Shown here piece after piece: positions 26,830 to 38,990 of a DNA stretch of 64,000 nt. The DNA lies in contig NW_005434667.1 in the NCBI RefSeq assembly GCF_000315625.1, positions 467,160 through 531,159 of the forward strand. Reading direction: 5' to 3'. The DNA is from Guillardia theta CCMP2712. Lineage: Eukaryota > Protista > Cryptophyta. The notes under the pieces are model-generated. The model searched no databases. It had not been told where the DNA came from and saw only the letters and a list, made by a program, of their open reading frames with translations. The first letter of the stretch is position 1; each line of letters starts with the position of its first letter. Made by a program: the position numbers and the translations under genes.

Positions 26830-27310
26830 GGTCATGACGGTACCGTCTGCCGCTCCTGCCCTCAGCCATGGTGCCCGGCACAGGGTGCTGCCGCAGTGCG
26901 GCTGTAGCCAAGCCTGTTCGAGTTAGTACCCGGATGGTGACGGTGGCAATAAAACCGTTTCAAAAGCTTCGCTGAGTCGGATTTCATCATTCATGAACTT
27001 GGAAGCTATTCACTGAGTCAAGAAGTTACTCTCACTGAGTCAGCTCAGCGGCCAGTGACTCGGCACTCCAGCCGGGGTCAGGGCAGGCCCAGGCTTGAAC
27101 TTCGGAACGCGGCACCAGGCCCTCAGGCCCGTGATGCGGTCGCTTGTCACTGGCAGTGCGGCGGTGGCACCGCCGGGCGCCGGGCCCCGGCCGCCGCCCG
27201 CCGGGCCGTCACGGTGTCCGATCGCCGGCTTTGCCGGACTCTCAGCCTGGTGACTCAGTGGAAGGTTCCTAGCTCAGCCCATACTTACTTTTACTCAAAG
27301 TTAAGTAATT
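26830..27310. repeat. GC-rich dispersed element with CACTGAGTCA and TTTTACTCAAAGTTAA motifs
   Basis: Shares exact 16-17-mers with 56756-56806. Confidence 0.6.
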
Positions 27311-27327
27311 ACACCGTCGCCGGCCTC

Positions 27328-28185
27328 ATGCCGCAGTCCAACAAAGATGCCGTCGTGACCCCGGAGGAGGATGACGAGGTGACGTACGTCAAGACCGAAA
27401 GATGTGACGAGGACGAGGACAAGAACCATCTAGGTAGCAAGAGAAAACGCAAGGAGGACACTCCTATCAAGAAAAGACTCCAGTCGGACCTAATGGAGGA
27501 GCCGGCGCGGACCGCTCGAGCGGCGAGGAGATTGAATGTAGACGAGGACAAGGAGGACGACGAAGACGGCGAAGAGGAGGAGAAAGACACAGGAAGGGAA
27601 TCAGGGGTACGATTGGAGTCCGATAGTAGCGAGGTTAACCACGATGATGAGGGAAGCGACGATGAAGGTGTCGCCAGGGACGGGGATGATGATCTTGACG
27701 GAGAAGGTCATGAACATTTTCATGATACGCAGTCCACGACACATGAACACGAATCATGGTCACAATCTGGCGAATTCAGTCCTTCTGATGATTCACAAGA
27801 AGGAGATGAAAGCGCACATGAAGCTTCGCAACAAAGTTCGAACGTGGAACAGCAGGAGGTTGAGCATACAGAACAAGATGAGCTCGCACAGAAGATCAAG
27901 TCTGATGCTCCGTTGGGAATTGAGGTCAAACTCCCAAAGGACGAGAGCGTGGATGAAGAACGATTTGTCAGTCTCGAGGATGATCTCAAATCAGTCAGGA
28001 AGGAAAACGATGAACTGAAGCGAAGAGAAGTCGAACTGATGGCAAGTGTCAAAGATCTGAGCAGAAGAAACGAAGAGCTATTGGAGATCGTCGAGAGCGC
28101 CAAACAAGTCCTCTCGAGCATTCTCCCTTCCTCCTGTGGCGAACCCTCCTACGGTGGCGAGACATTTGAAGGACACACGATTTAG
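27328..28185 (+). CDS. Divergent third paralog of the TQ/coiled-coil family (acidic, SQ/TQ-containing)
   Basis: DTPIKKRLQSDLMEEPARTARAARRLNVDED aligns with DATPVRERVSCDAAMEPSRFSHVRRLDMEAD. The C-terminal RNEELLEIVESAKQVL aligns with RERELVEIISNARRIL. Confidence 0.7.
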   Translation: MPQSNKDAVVTPEEDDEVTYVKTERCDEDEDKNHLGSKRKRKEDTPIKKRLQSDLMEEPARTARAARRLNVDEDKEDDEDGEEEEKDTGRESGVRLESDSSEVNHDDEGSDDEGVARDGDDDLDGEGHEHFHDTQSTTHEHESWSQSGEFSPSDDSQEGDESAHEASQQSSNVEQQEVEHTEQDELAQKIKSDAPLGIEVKLPKDESVDEERFVSLEDDLKSVRKENDELKRREVELMASVKDLSRRNEELLEIVESAKQVLSSILPSSCGEPSYGGETFEGHTI

Positions 28186-28459
28186 GGATCTGGAAGCTGA
28201 GGCACAACAGATTGAGACATAAAGAGATGAACCTTTTGTTAAAGTAACGTCTTACATGAATCTTCAGTGTTTGATAATTCATCTCCAGTCATATCAAACT
28301 TGAATCGTCCCTTCCCATTGAAAGCGAGTCTTTTGGCATCAAAACCCATCCCTAGCATCCTCTATTCTTCACTCATAAGTACATGTCGGATTCAAAGCCA
28401 GCATACTCCCTTGCACTCTTCACCAGAGGCTGACACTCTGTTAATCTTCATCGTCTCAC

Positions 28460-30258
28460 TCACACGACGTGAAAGGTGACAGCCGTGGGCGGGACGTACG
28501 GAGTGAAGTCGGTAGCAGTGATCTCTTTCCCCTAAGCGCAAGTTTCAGTATTTCAAGAGGAAAAGCAAGAGAGGGACCTCTGGCACTCCCTCCATCTTCT
28601 TGGCAGGCTCGAAGTAGATCAACCTGCAGCAGTCTGACTAAAACTTCACCTCATCGCCACCTCACCCGTTCTCCTTCTCGTATTGCGCTTTCAGCTTTTC
28701 GATGGTAGTTTTCTCCTCGTCGACCTTTGTGGCATCGTAAGGTGCAGCCAGAACTCGCCAGGTCTCTTACCCGTATGGCAAGCGATCTCGAAGCGCTACT
28801 CAGTACTCCTGACTGCAGCGCCTACGTGAAACAAGTGTAAGGAGGGGACAGCTATATTGCGCACTGATACCTGCTCGAAGTAAGAGTGTGCTTCTTTGAT
28901 CAGGGCTTCGCCTGCAAATACAACGAGAGATGAGAACTCAACAGCTTCCTTGAGACTTTGAGATGATGGCAAGACAGTGATTCGAACCCGTTCCAAACTT
29001 CTTGTTTTCCCAGGCATCCACCGCCATGTATCTACTCATAGAGAGGGTTATGACACTCTTGGGTCATGAATAGATACAACCTCATAGCAACAGCTTTGAG
29101 AAACTTCGAACCTCCTGCATGTAGCAAGTTGAATAAAAAAAAAAATGCGAGCAGTGTCCATATCCGAATCACCGTCTGAGTATGCACGAAGAGACGGGAT
29201 GAAGTCATTGTAATCTTTATCCATCTGATGTAGGGTAACATTGCACTGGACAACATCTTGAGATTCAAGACGACAAAACAGCATGGTTTGCAATACTTCT
29301 GCCAGAAGTTTGGCTGCTGTGACATAAAGTTTCGCAACCAGAGATCTGATCGGAAATAAGGGATGCAAACCGAAAGCCGTGCGGACCTGTTCATCCCCTT
29401 GATTGCAGCTTGTTTGGTTGCAATCTGCTGAGCCGTGCACTGTTCCATAAAGAGACAAAGACAAGGAGCTCAGTTACATCTTCTGCGCGTACTTGGCAAA
29501 GTTATCACCTTGTACAGGAGAACGATTGGACGAAAAAAATCTTTCAAGACCTGCCAGGAAGCTCAGAGTCTGCCCAGCACAAACAGATATTTTCAGCACC
29601 TCTGGCGGCCGCTTGTACGGCAGCGATTCACGTAGGGGGAGCACGTTCTCATGAATGTATGCGGCGATCCCTTGAGGTTGGGCCATGTCAAGATAGACAA
29701 CAACACACCAGCCTCACCCGCCGCTGCCTTGACCCTTGCCAGCGCGCCTTTCGCTGCATTCTCGTAATCGGCCGGTGTGGCTACCGAGTCAAGTTGAGAT
29801 GCTGCGATGTTGCCCTCAGAAATCATGCGACAAGTGTAAACCATCAAAAACTCGAAAGCGAGAGTGTAGAAGGTAAAGAAAGTGCCCGTCCTCCTTGAAA
29901 AGCTGCTCGTCCACTGGAATTCAAGGTCGGGGATCAATGGTCGTTTCCCCTCTTTCTCTATGCTCTCATCGACATATCTCTGTATCCCCAGAAGATAAGG
30001 CAGATACTCATCGATGGTCCTCAGAACCTGAGGGCAAACAAACTCCAATCAACATCAAGCATTGGAATAACACTCCCGTGAGTATACCTTCTCCGCATCC
30101 TGTTCCACCAGTGCAGCAGCCATTTCATTTCGTAGGGCATTGGTTTTGGTTTGCAATTCCACAATCTGATAATCTTTGGATGGGAAAAATTTGCTAAAAT
30201 CGACGGGATTCGTGCGTGGGTAAGGAAATGTAAGCGCAAGACCTCCGCAGGCGCTCAT
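28460..30258 (-). CDS. Bro1-domain protein (BROX-like, ESCRT-associated, multi-exon)
   Basis: IDEYLPYLLGI, LEFQWTSSF, TLAFEFLMV, QQIATKQA, SLVAKL and YEKENG-LIYFEP. The last exon GKEITATDFTPYVPPTAVTFHVV* ends at 28460. Confidence 0.8.
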
Positions 30259-30891
30259 CGTCCCCTTCCTTTCCCTTCACTTCTCCACTCCCCTTTTTAG
30301 ATGATCAACTCGATGACATCCGTATGAGTTTCCTGCACAAACAAGCAAAAGCAACTGCCGTCAGAAACTCCTTGACTCATTCACCCATCCGCTAAATTCA
30401 CTTTCTTGCGTTTCACTTCTCCTTCTACCGCATGATCTCTTTGTCTTGTGCCATAGGTATCTGTTCTCTCTCCCTCCCTGCTCTCTCCCTTCGCTCTCAT
30501 CCTCGCTCCCCTCTCCCTGCTCTTCGCTCCTTCCCTTTGTCGCCATGCTCTCATCAACTCCAGCAAACCCCACCTACACCCCCCCTCATCACCCTCATCC
30601 CCACCCCCCTCATTCAGTCGCTGCTGCCACGCAACTGTCTGCTGTCCTGTCTATCGACGGAGCCTTTGGATAATCACTGGAGTAGAATTATATTTTTGTC
30701 TTTCATCTTCTATATCTTCTTGTTCTGAGGTGAATTTCCCATTAGTTCACTGTTTGTAGCTCTTACAGCCAATTCCAGGTGAGTAAAATAATTCGATTGC
30801 AAATTCAGGCAATAGGCCCCGCTCGACTCATGGTCAACGAGCAACGGACAGGCGCTCATGGCGGCGGGGAGGGGCAGCAGAAGCAGCGAGC

Positions 30892-33800
30892 ATGGCGACG
30901 AAGAGACGAGGAGAACCAGAGAAGGAGGACAAGGTGAAGCGGACTCGGAGTCGGGAACTTCAGAGCCCGATCATGTCGCAGGGAGCAAATGCAACATGGG
31001 CAGCGGGAATTGATCAAGCAGCAGAGCCATGCGAGGAAGGGACGGGGGTCGGCTCTCAGAGAGTGTCCAAGCTCAATCTCTCCAAGGTATTCAGCCACTT
31101 TCGCCCTCCCCAGGATGATCGCGTGCACCTCGACTCGGCTAGAGCCCAGGCGCTCACCCCGCAGCATCGCCCCCACACGGCTCGACCCTCAGCCCCACCG
31201 GGACACAGCGCGACCAGGTCGCCGCTGGTCTCGAGAAGGAGCAGACCAGTGCAGTCAGCGAGGAACGCGAGCATGGATCTGAGCCTGGGGAACTCAACAC
31301 TGACAAGCATGAGAGGCGGACTGACGCTGACGTCTGCGAGCCGCAAGCTGTTCTTCGAGCGACCTCTGTCTGCTGTTCAGGTGAGCTGAAGGAGGATGCT
31401 CGGCCTCGGACTGACTGCCAGCAGCAACAAACGTTCGAGCCGCTCTCGGGGATCTCGAGCAAGGTCATCGACACCTTCGCGTCTCCCATCATAGCAACTC
31501 AGAGGCATCGAAACGTGAGCGACTTCAGCCGAGACTCCCTCTGACCTTCTTCCTCTGCTTCACCTTGACTTTGTTCTCACCCCTTCCCTCACGCAGAAAC
31601 GTTATCTGGTGACAAGATCGAGAAGCAAGCCTCCAGAGGAGGAGGTTCGCCTCTCGCCGGTGGACTGGTCCCAGGTGAAGGGACTCGAGCATCAGCATGA
31701 CAACAAAGCCAAAGCAAGAGAAGCTGCCACGAGCAAGCGACAAGTTCAGAGTGCCAGAGCAACTTTCAGGAGGGTGCCCTCCTCCAAGGACGTGAAAGCC
31801 ATTGCTTCACGCGCTCACATCGGTCAGGCTCGACGCGATGGCTTCATACTCTTCTCACTTGCGTCTGCAGAGGAAGCGTTTCACCGGAGAATGTCGAGCG
31901 TAGTCAGTCTCAACGAGATGGAGGATTTGATGTCCTGGGGGTTCTTGTCACAGGTCATGTCAGTCATGTTCCATGTTGACCCCTTGAGTGAAGTGCCTGC
32001 AGATGAAAGCAGCTGCCTCCCCTAGGGCCGAAGATTTCAAGTCGGAGGAGATCGAGTGAGACCTCTCTCGTTGCTACCTCCCTCAAGCTGAAACATCCCG
32101 ACAGGCTGCAGCACTTGGAGCCTAAACTTGTATCGAAATTTGTAGATAGATTGCCTTTCGTCTGCGATGGTAGAGTGCAGCTTTCGAGCGACATAAAGCA
32201 GGTGAGGAAAGATGTTTGCATTAGTTGTTGATGAGCTTATCGATTCTCAACAGATCTTCATGGACAGAGAGCCTGGATTGAAGAACAGAGTACAGAGCTA
32301 CTTCAAGAAAGCTTCGTCGCAGATCGAGCACGACATGGTCCGGATCAACAAGACGATGAGCAAGCGCATCAACCCAGAAACCAAATCAGAGGTGAGTCAA
32401 ACTAGATGCGATGATGCAGCTTATCCGTGCCTCGAGTTGCTGCGGCGAAGGAGCGAGAAACAGTCGCTGAGGTTGCAAGAAGCCAAGAAGAATCGTGAAT
32501 GCTTGGAAAGAAGTAATTGATAGCTCTCCAGCTTTCTCAAGTCTTGAATCTGTCATGCCTCTAACGAGTTGACAGCCAAGGTTGAAACCCACGTGAAAAA
32601 GCTTGAGCACAAGATGAGCTTGATGGAGAAGAAAGCTGAAGGTCGACCGAAGCCAAAAAATGTGACAACAAAAACCACTGATCCGATTGCAGATCAACGC
32701 ACGCTTCATCGCGAACAGCTTCAGAAGTATTACATGCAGGTAGACCCTTGTGCTGGGGAATGCTCGTTCAAGGCTGATGGGTACTTGCGGAAGACCATGG
32801 CCTTGGGATTCTATCTTTCATACTTCCAGAACTTCATGAGGTGTAAAGGAGCTCATGTTAGACACTGTCAGCTGACGCGCTTTCTCCTCCCATCAAGAAA
32901 TTGGATGATAGTGAAGGCGCAGCTGCTGATAAAGAAGCAAGCAGTGATCACAATTGAGAAGTACTACTTCAACTACGTCTCTAGACAAGTACATGCGATG
33001 GGATGTTTCTGCTCGCCCTGAAGAGTCTGTTGCAGTATCGCAAGAGGAAGAAAGCGGCTCTGATGCAACTGACCATGTGGGTTGTCAATATGCTCTCATG
33101 GTACTCACTGTGACACCCAGGATCCTCAAGAATTGCATTCGAAGATTCCGCCATCGCTTTCGAGCCAAGAAGATCAACATCATCCTTACTTTCCTGGGGT
33201 GATAGAAACAGCTTCTCCTGACTCATTCGTTTGTTGACACCGCAGAACAGACAAGTTGGAAAATTTGCAAGATTTCAGATGGCAGTCAAGCGATTCAGGT
33301 TTTGAAGCAAGCGAGTGATTACGTAGCACCTGAAGGTGATTCAGAGCAAAGATCATCAAAGCACAAGGATTTTTCCGACGGCAAATTGCATGCAACATCG
33401 CCCGATATGAAGTGATGGACTGTGGTTGCCTACTTCTTCTTCTCACTTTCATCGCAGATTTTGGAGTTGCAATGGAATAAGATTGATGACGAACGCAAGC
33501 AAAAGTTTCTTGAAAGACGAGAAGCACATCTTTCCAGCATCAAGAAAAAAGTATCTGCAAGTCGACACGTGTCAAGTGAGGATGACCTTGGCTTCAGGTT
33601 GACCCTGGTCTCGACCTGAAAGGAAAGGCCAAAGGAGACTTTGACGCGAGGTTGAAATGGGTGGAGGCGCAGGCAGGAATTAAGAAACTAAGTAGACGAG
33701 CAATCACTTCGATCCTGGATTGAATTTCGTTGCAGGAGAGTGTAAAGCGGAATTGGACAGCGCTAGAAGGTCTTACTGTAAGCTCGTTGTCATTACTGCC

Positions 33801-34529
33801 CCCAGTGTGAGTGACAACCTTGAAGGTGAATACTTCCTACCATCGGACCTCGTCCGCTTTGAGTCGATTTCTCCTCTTGTGAAGAAGCGAATGCTGGAAC
33901 TTTACGTGAAGAAGATCCGACAACGATACAACCATGAGTGGAACGAGTACCGCAAGGTTCTAATCCCCTCGCCCTTGTTCTCATCTCTAAACTTGAGTCG
34001 ACAGAAACTGTCGGCCTGGATCGAGCTTCAGAAGACTCAGGTGAGATGCTTTGCAGAGGTCGTAGCCATAAGATTCTGACGCAACCAAGGAATCGATCAA
34101 GTCGGTCTCGCGAGATCTGGTGTCGAGCTTGGGACGAAGTGGATCGCAGGCAGGTGTTGTCTCTTCCCCCTCTGCATTTGACGCCTAGTGCCAGTACCTC
34201 ACTGCGAGCCTGGAATCCATGTCTTCTCGCATCGTGAAGCCCATGCCTCCAACCCCCAACATCGTGCTTCCAAGACATCTTATGGAGCAGATTATCCTCA
34301 AGGTGCCTGCCTGTCTCCTCGCCTTCCCTTTCCAGTTCCGCTTCGTCTCATTCCTATCTTGTCTCTTCCATCCTGTACGACCGACCTGAACTTGTTCTAG
34401 GCTGTCGAACACACCAGAAAAATCGCAGGGATCTCCAAGAATGTGGAGCCTCGACACAAAACCACCAGTCACAGCGCGAGAACCTCACACAGCTCTCGCT
34501 CATGGAACAAGAGTGGTGGAATGAATTGA
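30892..34529 (+). CDS. Large basic multi-exon protein with IQ-like motifs, function unknown
   Basis: Continuous exon chain with about 50-nt introns. IQ-like AKIIKAQGFFRRQ and VITIEKYY segments. Last exon ends TGA at 34527-34529. Confidence 0.5.
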
Positions 34530-34664
34530 ATCTAGGCTTTTTTCGTAGCGCAAATCTATTCTCTTTGCTCCCTCTTACTCTGTATGGTTCCAGCCTATTC
34601 TCTTCGCCTTGATACCTGTTTGACATGACAATCACTGAAAGAAAGAATATTGTACAGTGCAAAA

Positions 34665-35731
34665 TCATTGGTCAGGTCTGCAGAAAGAAACCCTACCTTC
34701 TTTGCTGTAATGCATGATGTCGTCAGCGTCTTGCTTGGCAGGCAGTCCCAAGATCGTTCGCACTTTAGTCGTTGAAAATCCCTTCATGAACTCATCCCGC
34801 TGTTCCGCATTACGGAAATGAAACAGCAGCACAACATTATAACGAACAGAGGACAATGAGCTCAAAAACCTGTATAAAACCGTCCTCGTTGGTGTCTAAG
34901 GATCGGAAAATCTGCACGCAATTCAATGGTGGGGTTGAGTTTCATTTTAGCCCTGACCTGCTTCAGGTCATGCCTGTCTAGATTGATTCCGTATGCGTTA
35001 CACCTTTCTGAGAAGGATGAAAGTGAGCTGAATGTGCAATCTACAAGAAAGAAACCTTGGAATTCATGGAATGAGATCAACTTGTCATTGTTCTTATCGA
35101 ACTCAAAGAAAGCATGCTGGTTGTTGATCATCTTAGTTTCGCAAGATTCCCAATATGCTTCACCTGCAAACTTGGTCTAGAGTCCACTTTCATGTAGAGG
35201 ATTTTCCTTGCACTGTTGATTTCTGTTGCAGGCAATGTCATCAAGCATCCATTGGGAACAATATTGAATTTCACCTGACGAGGAAGACCTTCTCCGGTGC
35301 TTCTTTTCTCCTGTCCTGCTTCCTTTTTCGCTCTCACCCAATGAAGCTTCTGTGTTGATAGTGTTGTCAAGACCTATAGGGGCAAGAGTGTCTCCCTTAC
35401 CTGACATACATTCTTCTTCATCTACCATTTCATCAGCCTCCCCTTGCCCGTTCGTGTCATTTCCCTGTAGTTCACTTGCATCTATTGGAATCCGTTGCAA
35501 TCTGCTTTGAATTTTGAACTTCTTCTCCTCGTCCTGTGTAAGCACAGAAACATTTCTGTCCAGTGGAACCATGGGTTTGAGGGCGCTGGGAGTATCGTGC
35601 TGTTCATCATTACTCGCATTCGCGCTCTCTAACCATTCCAACACTCGTTTCTTCTTGAAATCGCCATCCTCCTCCGAAACTTGTGGATTCTCAACATCCA
35701 CAGTCCCTAGCGAGCTCGACCCGCAACCCAT
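34665..35731 (-). CDS. N-myristoylated/palmitoylated EF-hand protein (multi-exon)
   Basis: N-terminus MGCGSS. EF loops FDKNNDKLISFHEF and LDTNEDGFIQVFE. Confidence 0.75.
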
Positions 35732-36378
35732 TTGGTCAACACTTCACCGCGTTGAGATGTCCGATGAAACTTGCACTCCCTCAATCAGGCTGAAACTTGC
35801 CTTCATCAACACCGACGAAATGATCAAAGCATCAATGATGAAGTTTGAAAGTTCCTTCTTCTTTAGCTCTTGTTGTTCTTCTTCGCTTGTTCGTTCGTGT
35901 CTCCCGCCATCATACTGTTTCCATTGTTTTGTCTGTCATCGTCGCATACTGTCGTGATCAATTAGATCCCCCACCCCAGGGCCCTAGCCGATCGGATACT
36001 GGCAGTACCCCCGCCTGCCCCTGCTACTACCCCCCTGCTTTACACTCGGAGAGGATAAAGCTGCGACCGGCAACTCTTTTGGTACCCCTCCTCCGACCAG
36101 CTTTACCACCCGTCATCACAGCATTGTCACGTAGCATCCACCACGGGCCAGGCGGCGGCCCGCCTCGGAGAGGCTCCCGGGCAGACTTGTCAAACTTGAT
36201 TGAGAACTCTCACTCTCTATTTCCGGCTCAGCGATCTGCCAGTGAAAGTGAATGAATGGTGATGCTGCGATAAGCTTGAGTAGCCGGTTCAGGTCAGAGT
36301 GACGGTGACAGACACTGAGACACTGTCAAGTTGGTCACTGTCAGTTGTCACGTAGTAGACTCAGTGAGGCTCGTCTTC

Positions 36379-37785
36379 ATGGGGACGGTTCAAGTGGTCG
36401 GATCTCCTGGCTCCAACACTGCAGCCAGGGGCATCGTATGCTTCACTGCAGCCGTGGCGCTGATTCTGCTGAGCGCGCGAGAAAGCAGGTGACACTGAAC
36501 GTTCTCCTTGCCAGGCCCTGAGGCTCATTGAATGTTAGATTTTGACCTTCCCAGCAGGCGGTGGACTTCTCCTGAGTCATCGTCTTTGTCCTACAGGGCC
36601 CTCGACGTGTATGGAGCGAAGGGCTCGGACGCTGAGAGAACAGAAGAGGGCGGCGACGAGCTGGAGAGAATACTCGAGAAGTGGACGAGTCAGCATGGGG
36701 CCGAGGAGAAGCAAGACGCTCCAGGCAGATCGACAGCACGCCCAGCGCAAGGGGAAGATACAGAAGCGTTCATCCCTTACTGGCACTGGGACGAAGAGAA
36801 TCTTGACGCTGGCAAGATCGACCCAGGAAGGCGCGAGTATTTCGAATACAGGATTCCAGCGGGAAAGCAGGCAGGAGATTCAGTCGTAACAACGATTCCG
36901 CAGGGGAAGAAGCATGCGGGTGAACAGATTGAGTTTGAAGTTCCCGAAGGCCTGAAAGGCGGAGACAAGGTAGATGTGCGGATTCGAGGAGGAGATGTGA
37001 CGTCGATCGCTCCTCCTCCATCAGTCGCTTTCAACAAGAGTTGGAGCTCAACACCTGCAGTTGTCAATCTGACACAGGAAGTGGAGGAGTTGAAAGAAAA
37101 GTTGTTTAATCAAAGAATCAGGTACATGCAGGAAATTCATGATTTGGAGGATGAAGGCAGGAGAAATCAGGAGAAAATGGACTCCATGAACCAAACAATA
37201 CGGACAAATCAAGATCAAGACATGAATGTTTTGAAAAAAGTGTTGAGGAAACTTCGGGCAGCTCGTTCTCAACTTGATTATCAAAATTCAGCCTTTGTTG
37301 AGATGCTTTTTCGTCTCATGTTTCGAACACCCGAGAACAATTCTGCTATTACATCTTCAGAGAAGAACGCGTTGGAAGCAGCTTACGATCTCTTCAATAG
37401 CTCGGAAGCTCTTGCTGACAACATGAAGCTCATCGAAGACGCTCTATCAAACTCTTCTATTCTGCCTCGAAACTTGACAGGTGTGATGAACAAATTACAC
37501 AGCTCCAACATCACTTTGGTCAGTTTGGAAAGGCTGCGGAATATTCAATATCTGTTGCTGCATGATGACGAAGAGTTGATGCAGTCCCTGAGCAACAAGG
37601 AAGAACTCGTGCACAAGATTTCGAATAGCATAGAGGACACGATGAGGAGAGTGTCGGATGCGAGAAAATTCAAACAAGCCTTACTTCGTGAGGAGGCTAG
37701 GGATCAGGATCTCATGGCTACCGAAGACGGGATTCTGTCAGAAGTGATGAGAATGAAATCCCGTCTACTCTCATCACGCTCATGA
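36379..37785 (+). CDS. Signal-anchored protein with one IPAG/VPEG beta-module and a coiled coil
   Basis: Exon 1 MGTVQVVGSPGSNTAARGIVCFTAAVALILLSARES, a phase-2 intron at about 36489-36557, then a long exon with EYRIPAGKQAGD..EFEVPEGLKGGDKV and heptad-rich helices. Confidence 0.65.
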
Positions 37786-38179
37786 TATAGATTGAAAGAT
37801 GATTGAAAGACCGGTTGCTGCATAACAAGGGCGAAGTAGAAATTGCAGGTAAAACTCCAAATCTCATGCCCACAGGGAGCTGCAGACACAGACAGTCATC
37901 GAGGTTATTCTTGTACATATGATCAGTAAATCAGAGATGCTTTTCTTGAGACGCTGAAACACTCCGTGCATGCGAAGGTGCGTGAAGAACATGGAACCAA
38001 ACACAACTGGATGAAAGTGTGAACATTCCAAAAGAAACTTCAACTCTCTCGGTCCCGGTCTCTCACTCTCACTGTTTCTTACTTGCTCTCTCTCTCTGTC
38101 TCTCTTGCCCCTTCTGTCAGCATCTTTTGTCACAGGAAACAAAACCCGATTTCGACTTTCAAAATTTCAATTTTTCCTT

Positions 38180-38990
38180 TTATAAGTTGCTAACGATGAC
38201 ATTGTTGATCGGAATGAACCTGTCAAAGGTGCTGTCAGCAGTCAAACACCCAGCATGAAGCTCGCGCACATGAGCTTAACGAAGAAGCCGATGAATCCCA
38301 TCACAAGGAATCCAGCACCGGTGGCAAGAGCAATCTTGGTGAACTCTGAAATCAGTCGTCAACATCTTCAACACTGTGATGACTTTCGATAGCTCCATCA
38401 CCATTCTTGTCTGGCTTGGCGCATCTTCTCACGAGCATCTTCGAGTCTCTGAGGAGAGAAGAAAATCATCACGATGTGCATTAAATGGAGGCAGAGTTCT
38501 AATGTCGCTACTTGACCGCACTCACACAAAGATCACAAATGATGCTTATTGATCATTTGACAAACGTATATCACAAATATGTCCACTTCAGGCGTTGAAG
38601 GCTCAATATTCTTATGTTTCCTCAACCTCCCAGTCCAGATTCTAGGTGTCTCCTCGAGTTGCAGTCTAACTATTTCAACTACACTCAGTTTCATAAGTTG
38701 ATTCTGAGAAGCAAGTGGCAAACAGGATGTCATTGGATGAAAGATTCAGCTATCATTATGGAAGTCCTGAATCCTCGTCCTACTAGAGAATTGATCTAGT
38801 CTCGAAGCCGAACTCGCTCATGTAAGGAACCGACTTGTCCTCACTTCTGGAATCTGAGCTCGCTAAAATGTTCTTTCCCATATGCAACGTATGCAATATG
38901 ATGAAATTTCTTCAAATCTCACCTGTAGAACGCGTATGCTGGTCCCCACACCATCTGCGTAAGCGCATCGTCCGACTCGTCCTTGGCCAT
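38180..38990 (-). CDS. SEC61G: Protein translocon subunit Sec61 gamma (4 exons)
   Basis: [75 protein letters not shown]. The first intron is about 470 nt. Confidence 0.93.
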
